Source: Candidatus Bathyarchaeota archaeon
Lineage (GTDB): Archaea > Thermoproteota > Bathyarchaeia > Bathyarchaeales > Bathycorpusculaceae
Assembly: GCA_963832745.1 (NCBI GenBank)
Contig: CAWHVC010000005.1
Location: 64,001 to 128,000, forward strand
DNA: 64,000 nt
Direction of reading: 5' to 3'
Shown: piece after piece, positions 62,880 through 64,000 of the stretch
Layout of the letters: each line of letters begins with the position of its first letter
Numbering within the stretch: the first letter of the stretch is position 1
Made by a program: the position numbers and the translations under genes
Notes under the pieces: model-generated
Databases searched by the model: none
What the model was told of the DNA's origin: nothing
What the model saw: only the letters and a program-made list of their open reading frames with translations

Positions 62880-64000
62880 GTGAAAAATCTTTTAAGCGAT
62901 AAGCTAGACGTATCCTTTGATTCTATGGTCAACGAGAATATTGACGAAGCAAACAAGAGATTGACTCAACAAATCGAAGATTTCTTTAAGAATAACTTTG
63001 AGCGATTGCCGATTAGTGATAAAGTTGTTATCTCAAAAATTCGAACGCTACCAGTAATTTACGAAACAAATGTCATTAAAAAAATTAGACCTTATTCAGA
63101 ACCTATCTCTAACTTTTTTAATCAAGTCTTAACGGGGAATAACAATAACCAATGCTCTAATTATTTTGAGTTAAAACTCCATTTCCTTAATCAGGCGCTC
63201 AAGGAGCTTTGGGTTATCGAAGCGCGTAAGGGGGAGACTTTTGAACCTTTTAAAAATTTTGAGTTATTCGAAAAGTCCTGTTGCAATCTAACCCCGAATA
63301 TAGGAGTCAGTACATACACCAATTCGACGTTTTCTTGTTAGGCTATTATATCGTTAACAACATTTTACAACATGAAGAAACAGAAGTGGCAAAAATAATA
63401 AAACTCTATATAGAAAGGAAACCAAACCGCACTTGGATGTTGGCTTCGACATTTCATGATATTGGATACCCTATAGAAAAAATCGATAATTGGTTCTCAG
63501 CCTTCCTAAGTAATTTTTTAAGACAGCAAACAGCTTACCCTATAGAAATAGAAGAGATTCTTTCCTCTATCTTTTTTGATTACCTAAACTTTCTTTCTGA
63601 AGAACATTATAACTTAACAAAAGAATCAATTGCTGTTTCAGGTACGTGCTACCTTAGAGATTGGAAGTTTCACAATATCCTGCTTAACAATTTAAAACTA
63701 AAAAAGGACCATAGAATCGTTAGCTCTCTTCGCCTAATACACAGTTTATTTACACAGGAGAATATACGGAATTTTAACCAATGGTTCTTTGATATTTTTG
63801 AACCAGACATTATTCCTGCCTGCCAAGCTATTTCAATTCATAACTTAAAAATCGATTATGAGGTGATTAGTCTTCGCCAGTCGCCCTTCGCATTTTTATT
63901 GGTTCTTTGTGACAGTGTTCAGGATTGGGATCGCTCTGTTTCTCAACAAGACCCCAGTGAGTTGGTAGATATAGAGTTGCGCTTCTCAGAGACTACACCA
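62880..64000 (+). CDS. HD-domain protein (frameshift near 63298; runs off the window)
   Basis: Shifted frame open to the window end: YRSQYIHQFDVFLLGY, WMLASTFHDIGYP, DH, AISIH, PFAFLLVLCDSVQDWDR. Confidence 0.7.

Noticed and set aside
1-64000. CRISPR array or cas genes
   Set aside because: No regularly spaced direct repeats with unique spacers and no Cas motifs seen.

Overview
Archaeal DNA, most consistent with Bathyarchaeia (nop5-fibrillarin pair, TrmB/Lrp regulators, NosD/Kelch surface proteins, zinc-ribbon integrase). This lineage call is inference from gene style. Two mostly intact blocks (about 0.8-13 kb and 38-61.5 kb) flank an indel-rich accessory block (about 13-37.7 kb). That block holds a tRNA-Leu with a roughly 4.4-kb integrated element: a rolling-circle Rep with an internal CTTGATAATA nick-site hairpin, a DUF4209/HEPN-like cargo gene, a GC-rich hairpin cluster and a tyrosine integrase, bounded by a copy of the tRNA 3' end. 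It also holds frameshifted PAS kinase, ABC transporter, sugar porter and two GH15 genes. Other points of interest: (1) an operon joining Bzd-type benzoyl-CoA reductase ATPase subunits and ferredoxin to a single double-cubane-like subunit; (2) a roughly 130-nt rod-shaped candidate ncRNA with a CU-rich apical loop; (3) a dispersed palindromic element built from phased CTAT-N10-ATAG boxes; (4) a HAMP/roadblock signalling module with no output domain; (5) grpE-dnaK without dnaJ, followed by a second island (integrase remnant, ASCH protein, HD-domain protein). Family assignments come from motif recognition only, with no database searches. Many frameshifts may be consensus errors.
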